Shown: positions 10,464 through 19,747, counted from the stretch's first letter. The stretch is DNA of 64,000 nt from an uncultured Candidatus Actinomarina sp. (GCA_902534495.1 CACAQC010000002.1:14517-78516); one strand, 5' to 3'. The notes: generated from the letters alone by a model not told the origin. Translations and numbers: made by a program.

Positions 10464-11006
10464 ATGGATGCTTTGGTAGCAGGCGCAGAAGCCTTTATCC
10501 AAGTATTTAGAACCGCTGCTGATGTGTTTGTTGGTTTCACAACTGGAATTATTCCAATTGTGGTTGTGTTCTTGACTGCAGTTAACGCTTTAGTCAAGTT
10601 CATTGGTGAGGAAAGAGTTGAGGGCTTTGCAAAATGGGCTTCTCAAGAAGGGGCACTTTACATGCCTGTTCGTTATACTCTTTTACCGTTTGTAGCTGTA
10701 TTTATGCTTACTAATCCAGTTTGCTATACATTCGGTACCTTTTTGCCTGAAAAACATAAACCAGCATTTTATGATTCAGCAGTAAGCTTTGTTCATCCCA
10801 TTACAGGAATTTTTCCACATGCGAATGGTGGAGAGTTATTTGTATGGTTAGGGATTGCAGCAGGTGTAGAAATAGTTGCACCAGATATGGTAACTGCTTT
10901 AGCAGTTAGATATCTTCTTGCTGGCCTTGTAGTCATATTAATTAGAGGTATCGTAACTGATATTATCTATAACATTATGACGTCAAGAAGGGCAGGTGTT
11001 GAATAA
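10464..11006 (+). CDS. srlA: PTS glucitol/sorbitol-specific EIIC component (SrlA)
   Basis: Collinear similarity to E. coli SrlA, e.g. FLPEKHKPAFYDSA... / FPHANGGELFVWLGIAAG. Confidence 0.85.
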   Translation: MDALVAGAEAFIQVFRTAADVFVGFTTGIIPIVVVFLTAVNALVKFIGEERVEGFAKWASQEGALYMPVRYTLLPFVAVFMLTNPVCYTFGTFLPEKHKPAFYDSAVSFVHPITGIFPHANGGELFVWLGIAAGVEIVAPDMVTALAVRYLLAGLVVILIRGIVTDIIYNIMTSRRAGVE

Positions 11007-11530
11007 TGCAAGCTTTAATAGAGAGAATTGGTCGATCAGTTGGCGGCGTGGTTGGAACATTGTTCCAAGCAGGTCGAGATGCTGTTGACCTATGTTTAAA
11101 AACAATAATTCCATTTATGGCATTCGTTACTTTTGTCATTGGTTTAATTTTAGAAACCGGTGTTGGTGACGCTATTGCAAATGGTATTAAAGGTTTTGCA
11201 AGCAGTTTAGGCGGATTAATGATAGTTTGTATCATATGCGCAATACCTGTTTTATCACCACTACTAGGACCTGGTGCAGTAATTGCTCAGATCGTTGGTG
11301 TATTAATTGGTACTGAAATTGGACGTGGAAACATTGATGTTTCAATGGCGCTTCCAGCTTTATTTGCAATTAACCCACAGGTTGGTTGTGACTTCGTACC
11401 GGTTGGTCTGGCTCTTGGTGAAGCAGAACCGGAGACAGTTACGGTTGGTGTTCCAGCAGTTCTAACAAGTAGAATGATTACTGGACCAATCTCAGTCGTT
11501 GTTGGTTATTTATTTGCACTAGGTTTGTAA
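11006..11530 (+). CDS. srlE: PTS glucitol-specific EIIC2 membrane domain; the SrlE C-terminal half as a separate ORF
   Basis: Hydrophobic 174-aa protein sitting between srlA and the EIIB ORF. Confidence 0.65.
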   Translation: MQALIERIGRSVGGVVGTLFQAGRDAVDLCLKTIIPFMAFVTFVIGLILETGVGDAIANGIKGFASSLGGLMIVCIICAIPVLSPLLGPGAVIAQIVGVLIGTEIGRGNIDVSMALPALFAINPQVGCDFVPVGLALGEAEPETVTVGVPAVLTSRMITGPISVVVGYLFALGL

Positions 11531-11557
11531 AGACATAACTTAACAATTTTTAAATTT

Positions 11558-11595
11558 GTAACGCTCTGACTAAAATCAGAGCGTTACATATTTTT
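11558..11595 (+). terminator. Rho-independent terminator/attenuator hairpin inside the PTS operon
   Basis: Perfect 11-bp inverted repeat gtaacgctctg-actaaaat-cagagcgttac followed by atattttt. Confidence 0.6.
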
Positions 11596-11607
11596 AGAGG
11601 AGAAACT

Positions 11608-11985
11608 ATGGCAAATTATAAAAAAGTAAAAGTAGAAGCAGGGCCGAGTGGTTGGGGAGGCCCTTTAGAAATACAACCAACCGATGAAAAAAAATACATT
11701 GTTTGTGTTACCGGTGGAGGAATTCATCCAGTTGCTCAAAAAATTGCTGATTTAACTGGGGCGGAAGCCTTTGATGGTTTTAAATCATCGCCAGAGGGAA
11801 GCTTTAAAGCAATGGCTTGTGCAGTAATTGATTGTGGAGGAACTGCGAGAATCGGTGTATATCCTATGAAGGGCGTACCAACGATTGATATTCATGACAC
11901 TACACCAGCAGGTCCACTCGCCCAATTTATTAAAGAAGAGAACTTTGTTTCTGGAGTTTCTGAGGATCAAGTTACTGAAGCTTAA
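11608..11985 (+). CDS. srlE: PTS glucitol-specific EIIB domain protein; the SrlE N-terminal domain as a separate ORF
   Basis: GPSGWGGPLEIQPT...YIVCVTGGG...AVIDCGGTARIGVYPMKGVPTIDIHDTTPAGPLAQF matches the SrlE N-terminus (GTGGWGGPLELK...VAVIDCGGTLRCGIYP...GPLAQY). Confidence 0.8.
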   Translation: MANYKKVKVEAGPSGWGGPLEIQPTDEKKYIVCVTGGGIHPVAQKIADLTGAEAFDGFKSSPEGSFKAMACAVIDCGGTARIGVYPMKGVPTIDIHDTTPAGPLAQFIKEENFVSGVSEDQVTEA

Positions 11986-12344
11986 TGCAAATTTATTCTT
12001 CAGAAATAGTAAGAATAGGCGAACAAGCTAATTTATTTTTAGATGAAGGAATCGTAGTTTTTTTCGGTGACAATGCACCAGAGGAACTCCAAGATTTTGC
12101 AGTCATACATAAACTAGAGCAAATATCTGGTGAAATTGTAGTTGGAACAAAAATAAGTCTTTCAGACTCTAATTTAGAAGTTGTCTCTGTAGGGCCTGTA
12201 GCCAATGAAAACTTTAAAAATTTGGGTCACTTAGTTTTAAAACTCGACTCTTCAACTGAAGAAGCACAGCTTGGAGATGTCAGGTGTACATTTGATAACA
12301 AACCGAATATAAAAATTGGGGATAATTTAAGGATAAACAATTGA
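11985..12344 (+). CDS. srlB: PTS glucitol/sorbitol-specific EIIA (SrlB)
   Basis: Size and collinear similarity to E. coli SrlB (ITRIG..., LGHVTLRFD vs LGHLVLKLD). Confidence 0.8.
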   Translation: MQIYSSEIVRIGEQANLFLDEGIVVFFGDNAPEELQDFAVIHKLEQISGEIVVGTKISLSDSNLEVVSVGPVANENFKNLGHLVLKLDSSTEEAQLGDVRCTFDNKPNIKIGDNLRINN

Positions 12345-13594
12345 ACTATACAGAACTATTAATTGCTCGTGAAAAAGACTTAGGCAGACCAGTAAGAGTT
12401 GGGTTGGCTGGTGCTGGCCAAATGGGTTCTGGTCTTGCTGCACAAATCGGGAAAATACCAGGAATGAGCCTTGTCGCTTGCGCTGATATAGATATTGGAA
12501 GAGCTGAGAATGCATTACGTCTTGCTGGAGTTGAGTATGTAAAACACAACAAGGAGGCGTCAAAGTCTATCGAAAGTGGACAAGGTGGTGTAGTAGATAA
12601 TGCATCTGCTCTTGCAGAACTACCAATAGATATTGTATTCGAAGCAACTGGTGTGCCATGGGTTGGTGCGGAGGTTGCTGATGCCTGTATTGAAGCACAA
12701 AAACATATACTCATGTTAAATGTAGAGACAGATGTCACAATAGGGATGTATTTAGCAAATAAAGCAAATAAAAATAATGTAGTTTATAGTGTTGCAAATG
12801 GTGATGAACCAGTTGCATGTAAAGAGTTATATGACTTCTCAGTGGATTTAGGTTTTGAGATAGTGTGTGTTGGAAAAGGAAAAAACAACCCACTAGATCA
12901 AACTGCAAACCCTGATACCTGTTTAGAAAAAGCTACCAAGAAGAATATGAATCCAAAAATGCTAGCAAGTTTTGAAGATGGTTCAAAAACTATGATTGAA
13001 ATGACTGCTTTGGCAAATGCAATAAATTTACCACCAGATCAAATCGGAATGAACGGACCAGTAAGTTCTGTAGAGGAATTGAACAAAGTCCTTATCCCTC
13101 AAGCTGATGGGGGTGTTCTAAGTGAATCTGGAAGAGTTGACTATGCATTTGGACCAGCACCCGGAGTATTTTCTATTGTGAAATCGGATAACCCAACTGT
13201 TATTGAAGAAATGGAGTATTTATCTATGGGAGAAGGTCCATATTACACTCTTTACAGGCCTTATCATCTAGCTTCAATTGAAGCACCTAGAAGTATTGGG
13301 ATGGCCATCATAAACAATGAACCTGGGTTACAACCAAAATCATGGATTGCAGAAGTTATTGGTCATGCAAAAAAAGACCTAAAAAAAGGTGAAAAGATAG
13401 ATGGAATTGGGGGATTTGCCACATACGGTGTTACTTACCCTGTTGCAAATACAAACAATTTAATTCCACTTGGATTATTAGAAGGTGCAACTGTTATTAA
13501 AGAACTAAAAAAAGGTGAACCAATAACAAAAGATTCAGTTGAACTTCCGGAAAATTTAATTAATAGTTTAAGAAAACTTCAAGAAGCTAGTTAA
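12341..13594 (+). CDS. NAD(P)-binding oxidoreductase with a homoserine-dehydrogenase-like N-terminus and SAF-like C-terminus (COG4091-type); candidate polyol-phosphate dehydrogenase
   Basis: N-terminal Rossmann motif VGLAGAGQMGSG; 417 aa; TTG start overlapping the srlB stop; sits where the sorbitol-6-P dehydrogenase is expected. Confidence 0.5.
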   Translation: MNYTELLIAREKDLGRPVRVGLAGAGQMGSGLAAQIGKIPGMSLVACADIDIGRAENALRLAGVEYVKHNKEASKSIESGQGGVVDNASALAELPIDIVFEATGVPWVGAEVADACIEAQKHILMLNVETDVTIGMYLANKANKNNVVYSVANGDEPVACKELYDFSVDLGFEIVCVGKGKNNPLDQTANPDTCLEKATKKNMNPKMLASFEDGSKTMIEMTALANAINLPPDQIGMNGPVSSVEELNKVLIPQADGGVLSESGRVDYAFGPAPGVFSIVKSDNPTVIEEMEYLSMGEGPYYTLYRPYHLASIEAPRSIGMAIINNEPGLQPKSWIAEVIGHAKKDLKKGEKIDGIGGFATYGVTYPVANTNNLIPLGLLEGATVIKELKKGEPITKDSVELPENLINSLRKLQEAS

Positions 13595-13604
13595 ATAGTC
13601 TTTA

Positions 13605-14564
13605 ATGACACTTAGTACAACCACTCAATTAGAACTTCATCGAATGATGATGCTGATTAGGTTGTTTGAGGAAGCACTAGAAGAAATGTTTTCAAGAGGC
13701 TTGCTCCATGGGACCATGCATCTATCTATAGGTCAAGAAGCTACAGCAGCTGGTGCATGTTTAGCTCTTCAAAAAGATGACTTAATTACTTCGACACACA
13801 GAGGGCATGGACATTGTCTTGCAAAAGGAGCCGAACCTTACAAGATGTTTGCAGAGTTACTCGGAAGAGAAGATGGATATTGTAGAGGCCGTGGTGGATC
13901 AATGCATATTGCTGATTTGTCAAATGGCAATCTTGGTGCCAATGGAATTGTTGCTGGCAGTTTAACAATTTCTGTTGGGGCAGCTTTATCATTCCAAATG
14001 CAAAAAAAAGACAATATTATCCTCTGTTTCTTTGGAGATGGAGCGGTTAATGAAGGCTCATTTCATGAGGCTTTAAATTTAGCATCGCTATGGAGTCTTC
14101 CAGTGTTATTTTTATGTGAGAATAATCAGTATGGAATGTCAATGGCAACTGACAAAGCGGTTGCTGGCGACTCAATTGCATCCAGAGGAAATTCTTATGG
14201 AATAGAGAGTATTCAAATTGATGGTAACGATGTCGAGGCTGTTTATAAAAATGTATTAAATTTTAAGAATAACATTTTATCGTCTGGAGGCCCAAAATTT
14301 ATTGAAGCAGTTACATATCGCTATAGGGGACACTCAAAATCTGATAGAAACTTATACAGAACAAGTGATGAAATTGAATATTGGAAAGAAGAAAAAGACC
14401 CTATAAAAAGATACATTGGAAAATTAATTGAGTCTGGAATTAGTGAAGATCAACTAAAAGATATTGATACAGATATTAAGGATTTAATTAGAAAATCGGT
14501 TAAGCAGGCATTAGATTCTCCGCTCAGTCCGATAACAAATTTAGAAGAGGATTCGTATGCCTGA
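13605..14564 (+). CDS. TPP-dependent 2-oxoacid dehydrogenase E1 component alpha subunit (acetoin/pyruvate dehydrogenase type)
   Basis: TPP-binding GDGAVNEG motif plus YRYRGHS. Confidence 0.85.
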   Translation: MTLSTTTQLELHRMMMLIRLFEEALEEMFSRGLLHGTMHLSIGQEATAAGACLALQKDDLITSTHRGHGHCLAKGAEPYKMFAELLGREDGYCRGRGGSMHIADLSNGNLGANGIVAGSLTISVGAALSFQMQKKDNIILCFFGDGAVNEGSFHEALNLASLWSLPVLFLCENNQYGMSMATDKAVAGDSIASRGNSYGIESIQIDGNDVEAVYKNVLNFKNNILSSGGPKFIEAVTYRYRGHSKSDRNLYRTSDEIEYWKEEKDPIKRYIGKLIESGISEDQLKDIDTDIKDLIRKSVKQALDSPLSPITNLEEDSYA

Positions 14565-15540
14565 GTTAACAACCGGACAGGCACTAAATAAAGCCCTTAG
14601 TTTGATATTAGAACAAAACCCTACAGCGTTTATTGCTGGTGAAGATATTGGAATTTACGGCGGTGCCTTTGGAGTTACCGATGGACTCCTAGCTCAATAT
14701 GGAGAGGAGAGAATTAAAGACACTCCAATTGCTGAAGATGTCATCGCTGGTTTAGCTGTTGGAGCATCAATGACAGGCGGAAAGCCTATTGTTGAAATGC
14801 AGTTTAGTGATTTTATTGTAAATGCAATGGATCCAATTGTTAATCAAGCTGCAAAGCTTCATTTTATGTATGGTGGATCGGTAAATGTACCAATAATCGT
14901 CAGAGGCGCTAGTGGAGCTGGGACTGGGGCCGCAGCACAACATAGCCAGTCACTTGAATCATGGTTTTGCCATGTTCCGGGATTAAAAGTAGTCACACCT
15001 TCAAATCCTCAGAATGCTTATGATCTATTGTTGCATTCTTTTGTCGATCCTAACCCAGTTATTTTTATGGAACATAAGTTAATATATAAAATCAAAGACA
15101 ATGTAGAACTTAATGATATTCCCAAGGAATCAAGCATGTTGGGTAAAGCAAATCTTATTAAAGAAGGAAACGACATGACAATAGTTGCCTACTCAAATAT
15201 GGTAAATGTTGCAAAAGAAGCATTAGCTGCTGAGGAATTACAAAATTGTTCAATTGAACTAATCGACCTTCAGACAGTTTCACCAATAGATTACGATACT
15301 ATTAAAAATTCACTCAAAAAAACAAAAAGACTTTTAGTTTGTCAGGAAGCTCCTTCCAATAGTTCTGTAGGAACAACCGTAGTTTCAAAAATTGTTGAAA
15401 GTGAGTTATTTCATCAACTCGAGGTTGCTCCAAAGCTGGTCTCAGGATTACATTCACCCATGCCCTCTGCAAAACACCTCGAATTAAATGTTATTCCCCA
15501 AGCCGAAGACATTACTAATGCAGTTAAAAGTATGTTATAA
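14557..15540 (+). CDS. TPP-dependent 2-oxoacid dehydrogenase E1 component beta subunit
   Basis: Transketolase-like pyrimidine-binding and C-terminal domains; overlaps the alpha gene, indicating an operon. Confidence 0.85.
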   Translation: MPELTTGQALNKALSLILEQNPTAFIAGEDIGIYGGAFGVTDGLLAQYGEERIKDTPIAEDVIAGLAVGASMTGGKPIVEMQFSDFIVNAMDPIVNQAAKLHFMYGGSVNVPIIVRGASGAGTGAAAQHSQSLESWFCHVPGLKVVTPSNPQNAYDLLLHSFVDPNPVIFMEHKLIYKIKDNVELNDIPKESSMLGKANLIKEGNDMTIVAYSNMVNVAKEALAAEELQNCSIELIDLQTVSPIDYDTIKNSLKKTKRLLVCQEAPSNSSVGTTVVSKIVESELFHQLEVAPKLVSGLHSPMPSAKHLELNVIPQAEDITNAVKSML

Positions 15541-15548
15541 ATATATAT

Positions 15549-15821
15549 ATGGCAAAAGAAAAAATTCAATTACCGGCAATGTCTGATCAAATGACAGAAG
15601 CTGAAATTTTAAGTTGGAAAGTTGACGTTGGTTCAAAGATTGAAAAGGGTGCCACGATATGTGAAATCTCTACTGACAAAGTTGATATGGATCTAGAATC
15701 ACCTTACTCCGGAGAAATTACTGACTTAGCATGTGAAGAGGGTGATATAGTAAATGTTGGTGACACAATAGCTGAAATAGAAACTGAAGAAGACAGTCTT
15801 TTAGGTTCAATATTCGATTAA
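15549..15821 (+). CDS. Stand-alone lipoyl-attachment domain protein (90 aa) with no E2 catalytic domain
   Basis: Lipoyl-domain signature around the lipoyl-lysine: ICEISTDKVDMDLESPYSGEI. Confidence 0.7.
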   Translation: MAKEKIQLPAMSDQMTEAEILSWKVDVGSKIEKGATICEISTDKVDMDLESPYSGEITDLACEEGDIVNVGDTIAEIETEEDSLLGSIFD

Positions 15822-16205
15822 TCAGCAGTTGCTGTAGGTAGTAATCTTTATGTATTCCTGAGTTTCTTCCTTAACAAAAACTCCCGATTTATGCACACAA
15901 GAAGAATTAAGCGCGACACTTTCTTTTACTATTAAATCGCAATTTACATTTAAATCTTCATAAACTTTCTTGTAATAATTCAAACAATCATTAATTTTCT
16001 TCTCGGCGTTATTTTTATTTTGTTGAGATAACGTAATCACGATGTTTTCATTTGTGATTTCAATATTTTCTGGATCAATATAGAAAGTTTCTTCATATAG
16101 GTTATCAAGTGTATTGCTTGTTTCAGTAGTTAAAAAACCTGATGCACTTGAGGAAATAATTGCTAAAAAACCTGCCCCCAGAAGGATATAAATTAAATTT
16201 TTCAT
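15822..16205 (-). CDS. Small secreted cysteine-containing hypothetical protein
   Basis: N-terminal signal peptide (LLGAGFLAIISSSASG) and four Cys residues. Confidence 0.35.
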   Translation of the reverse strand: MKNLIYILLGAGFLAIISSSASGFLTTETSNTLDNLYEETFYIDPENIEITNENIVITLSQQNKNNAEKKINDCLNYYKKVYEDLNVNCDLIVKESVALNSSCVHKSGVFVKEETQEYIKITTYSNC

Positions 16206-16298
16206 AAGTGAATTATAAAATGTCTTAATTCATCATAACTCTATATTCTGACAAATAGTGATTAAGAATTTAACGAATTATGACTAATATATTACATC

Positions 16299-16625
16299 AT
16301 GGCAGTAGAAAAAAAATTTAGAATACTAATTTATCCTGGTTTGCATACTCGCCCGGGTGCTAAATTTGTAGAGTTATGTAACAAGTTTGAAAGCGACATC
16401 GAAATTCTTTTTAACGATAAGGTTGCAAATGGCAAAAGTATTATCAACATAATGACCATGGCTGCGCCACAAAATGGGGAAATAACGATAAAAGTTAATG
16501 GTGTTGATGAAGAAATATTAATTAATGAATTAACAGATTGGCATGTTGAGGCTCACAAGTCTAAGGAAGATTTTGATAATTCACCAGACAAGCATGAGTT
16601 GCTGAAAGCTTTTGAAATAATTTAA
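16299..16625 (+). CDS. ptsH: Phosphocarrier protein HPr with C-terminal extension
   Basis: GLHTRPGAKFV active-site His15 region; 108 aa, about 20 aa longer than canonical HPr. Confidence 0.8.
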   Translation: MAVEKKFRILIYPGLHTRPGAKFVELCNKFESDIEILFNDKVANGKSIINIMTMAAPQNGEITIKVNGVDEEILINELTDWHVEAHKSKEDFDNSPDKHELLKAFEII

Positions 16626-18101
16626 CTAGGGGATATCTTTATCTGTTCTGTTAACCACAATAAGGCTTCCTAGATCTCCAGCTAAGATCAAACGGCCATC
16701 CTTTGCAATCGTGATATCACGAATTCTTTCACCTATGTATATTTCACCTACATGAATGATGCTCGTTCCTTCGGAGTCAAGCTTCAAAGTATAAATTGTC
16801 ATATCTTTAAGACTTGTTATAAAGATGAAGTCGTTCCATCTTGGAAATTCACTACCTTTGTAAATTGTAAGTTCACTTATTCCGATAGATGGTGTGAAGA
16901 AGTATATTGGCTCTTCATATTTTTCATCGTGATCAAGTTCATAGATATTTTCTAATCCGTAAGTAAATCCATATGCACTGGAAGGCCAACCATAATTTCT
17001 GCCTTGAAGAACAATGTTGAGCTCATCTCCTCCAAAAGGCCCATGTTCAGTGGATAAAATTGTCTCTCCATTAATAATTAAACCTTGTGGGTTTCTATGC
17101 CCAGAAGAATAAATATCTGAATTCCAACCTCTGTCTAAAAACAAAATTTTTCCCAAATGTGACTCTTCACTAATTTGTAATTTAAAATCTTCAGGTAATT
17201 TGAAATCGCCCACTGTTAAAAGATATCCACCATTAAACTCTTTTATCCTTCCTCCAGCGTGATGAGAATTAAAATTTTCATAACAGTCATCTATGTTATA
17301 CACCCATGAAAAATCTAAATTTGCGGTGTTGAACTCTGCACTAAGAACACCCAGAGTAAAACAATTCTTCGCAAAATCTTTTTTAATTGCAGTTATCAAA
17401 ATTAAATTATTTTTTTCATCAAAAGAACTATCTCTTAAACCCATCCTTGATGAATAATCAGAACCCTTAACAATCGATGTATATTCTTGATCTTGAATTA
17501 TCTGGTTTAAATTTGTTTTAACTTCTTGAACTGTACCATCGACCATGCTCATTTTCACTATATTCCCCATACCACCAAACATAAAAATCTCATCATTAAT
17601 TGATTCAACAAAAAATGAGGGAAGCAATCCTGAAGTGTATTTTGTGAAGTACTCTGTAAAGTCGATTTTTGTTACATCTGAGTTATGAAAATCACCTTGA
17701 ACATTGAACTCTATACTAAATTTACTGGGCTCGATATTCTTTTGCAGACTGAGAATATCTACTGGTAAAGGTATAATTCCAAGAACAGCCATCTTATCGA
17801 TAACATTCCTATCAAGTGGATTCATAACCCTTCCACCTTCTTCTATTCCATTTTTTAAGTCTTCTTTAGAAAATACAATCAACACTCCATCAGGATCAAT
17901 TTCTGAATCAACCCTTAGAGCAACAAAATTGCCATCATTGCTTTTGCCAATATATTCTTGCCAATTGGAGTTTGAAACTTCAATTTTATTAGTAGTAGAG
18001 CCAATAATGTCATTTAACGAACTTACACTGATTGGAGTAGACGAATTACTGCAGAAAGAAATTAAAAAAAATACTGTTAAAACTAGTCTTATAGACCTCA
18101 C
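16626..18101 (-). CDS. Secreted protein with a C-terminal soluble sugar dehydrogenase (GSDH/PQQ-type beta-propeller) domain
   Basis: Signal peptide; GHRNPQGL motif typical of the glucose/sorbosone dehydrogenase family; about 250-aa N-terminal extension of unknown fold. Confidence 0.55.
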   Translation of the reverse strand: MRSIRLVLTVFFLISFCSNSSTPISVSSLNDIIGSTTNKIEVSNSNWQEYIGKSNDGNFVALRVDSEIDPDGVLIVFSKEDLKNGIEEGGRVMNPLDRNVIDKMAVLGIIPLPVDILSLQKNIEPSKFSIEFNVQGDFHNSDVTKIDFTEYFTKYTSGLLPSFFVESINDEIFMFGGMGNIVKMSMVDGTVQEVKTNLNQIIQDQEYTSIVKGSDYSSRMGLRDSSFDEKNNLILITAIKKDFAKNCFTLGVLSAEFNTANLDFSWVYNIDDCYENFNSHHAGGRIKEFNGGYLLTVGDFKLPEDFKLQISEESHLGKILFLDRGWNSDIYSSGHRNPQGLIINGETILSTEHGPFGGDELNIVLQGRNYGWPSSAYGFTYGLENIYELDHDEKYEEPIYFFTPSIGISELTIYKGSEFPRWNDFIFITSLKDMTIYTLKLDSEGTSIIHVGEIYIGERIRDITIAKDGRLILAGDLGSLIVVNRTDKDIP

Positions 18102-19351
18102 TAGTTTATTTTAGATATCTTTTTTACTATTAATGAATCGATTCTTCTGTTATCTACTGCAGACACGGTAAGTTCTAATCCATGAACTGTAATCTTCTCA
18201 TTAACAGTTGGAAGCTTTTCAGAATAACTTAAATACAAGCCTCCCACGGTAGCAACATCTGATTCTTGTGATTCCAAACCAAAAAATTCTTCAAAATCAT
18301 CTATATCTGTTCTACCCTCAACAACCCATTGCCCGGGCCCCAATCTTTTAATGCCCTTAAATCTTTCGTCATGTTCGTCAGGCAGATCACCAACAAACTC
18401 TGATAGTACATCTTTAATAGTAATTACTCCTTCAATGCCACCATTTTCATCAATTACACAGGCAAAACTTGCTTGATTCTCTCTTAATATATTCAATGCT
18501 GAAAGAACAGTTGTGTATTCTGGAAGATAGATTGCATCTTTTACTAAATTTTCTACTTCGACTGAAGTTGCTTTACTATTTAAATTAAATAAATCTTTTA
18601 CGTAAACAATTCCAAAAGTGTCATCTAATGATTCTGATCTAGAAATAGGCATCCTAGAAATTCGCTTTTCATCAACAATCTTTTTCACATCTTCCATGTC
18701 AACAGGAATTGAAAGAAACAATACATCAACTCTTGGTGTCATAATTTCTTTTATGGGTCTGTCTGAAAAATCAAGAAGAGAATCAATAATTTCTCTCTCT
18801 GCTGGTAAAATCTGACCTTCAATCTCCCCGAGTGCGGTCAAGGCTTGTATATCCGCCTCTGTAACTTCTGCATCATCTTCTTCGGGAGCCTTAACAAACT
18901 TCATGATCAGATTAGTTATACCTTCTGTAAACGGAGCAAATATTTTTGATAGAACTTCAACTAAAAAAGTTGTTCTCGACAAAAATGATATCGGCAGCTT
19001 AGTCGCCAGAGTTTTTGGAGTAATATCTCCAAAAATTAAAACTATAACCGTAGTAAAAACTGTTGCAATCGCACTACCTGCGCTTTCACCAAAACGCCTA
19101 ACAAAAATAAGTGTTGCCACTGATGCCATCAATATATTTACAAAGTTATTACCAACTAATATTCCACCAATAGTTTTTTCAATATTTTCTTTAGCTCTTT
19201 TGATTCTTCTGTTCTTTTTGTTTTCATCCAACTGGTGTATTTTCTGGATTGGAATAGAAGTTATTGCTGTTTCAGAGCCTGATAGCATGCCCGACAGGAT
19301 TAGGCAAAGAAAAAATACTATGTATAAAACGATGTCAAAGTTAATACTCAA
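18101..19351 (-). CDS. HlyC/CorC (CNNM) family transporter with DUF21-CBS-CorC domains
   Basis: Four N-terminal TM helices, tandem CBS region, and C-terminal CorC_HlyC domain. Confidence 0.8.
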   Translation of the reverse strand: MSINFDIVLYIVFFLCLILSGMLSGSETAITSIPIQKIHQLDENKKNRRIKRAKENIEKTIGGILVGNNFVNILMASVATLIFVRRFGESAGSAIATVFTTVIVLIFGDITPKTLATKLPISFLSRTTFLVEVLSKIFAPFTEGITNLIMKFVKAPEEDDAEVTEADIQALTALGEIEGQILPAEREIIDSLLDFSDRPIKEIMTPRVDVLFLSIPVDMEDVKKIVDEKRISRMPISRSESLDDTFGIVYVKDLFNLNSKATSVEVENLVKDAIYLPEYTTVLSALNILRENQASFACVIDENGGIEGVITIKDVLSEFVGDLPDEHDERFKGIKRLGPGQWVVEGRTDIDDFEEFFGLESQESDVATVGGLYLSYSEKLPTVNEKITVHGLELTVSAVDNRRIDSLIVKKISKIN

Positions 19352-19382
19352 TTTGTATCATTGATTCTAGATAATTTTTGTT

Positions 19383-19706
19383 TTAAGTAAATACTTTTTT
19401 TAAATTTGTTTTATCAAGCGGTTTTAAAAGATGTCCATCAGCTCCAACTCTTTTAGCCTGAAAAACATCTGCTTCTCTGTCAATTAATAGAATTTTTTTT
19501 GAATTTGCAAATTTATTGTCACGACTAATTTCTCTGATGATTGAAGGACCACCATTGTTATTTACTTGCATATCAACAAAAATATAATCGTATGACAACT
19601 TGATATCATCACTTCCAACAAGATGAGTAAAATTGTAATCAAAATCAAGATATTTTAGTAAAGAATCCTTTACCCATTCGTTATCTGTTATCAAGCAAAT
19701 TTTCAC
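19383..19706 (-). CDS. Single-domain CheY-like receiver protein
   Basis: IFVDMQ phospho-acceptor region and LLKPLD (K-P) motif; 107 aa. Confidence 0.5.
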   Translation of the reverse strand: MKICLITDNEWVKDSLLKYLDFDYNFTHLVGSDDIKLSYDYIFVDMQVNNNGGPSIIREISRDNKFANSKKILLIDREADVFQAKRVGADGHLLKPLDKTNLKKVFT

Positions 19707-19747
19707 AGTTTTAAAAGACTACTATTGTATATATTTAAGTATATAAA

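Noticed and set aside
12346-12738. 130-aa antisense ORF
   Set aside because: Antisense to the COG4091 dehydrogenase gene; Ala/Ser-rich translation typical of shadow ORFs in the reverse frame.
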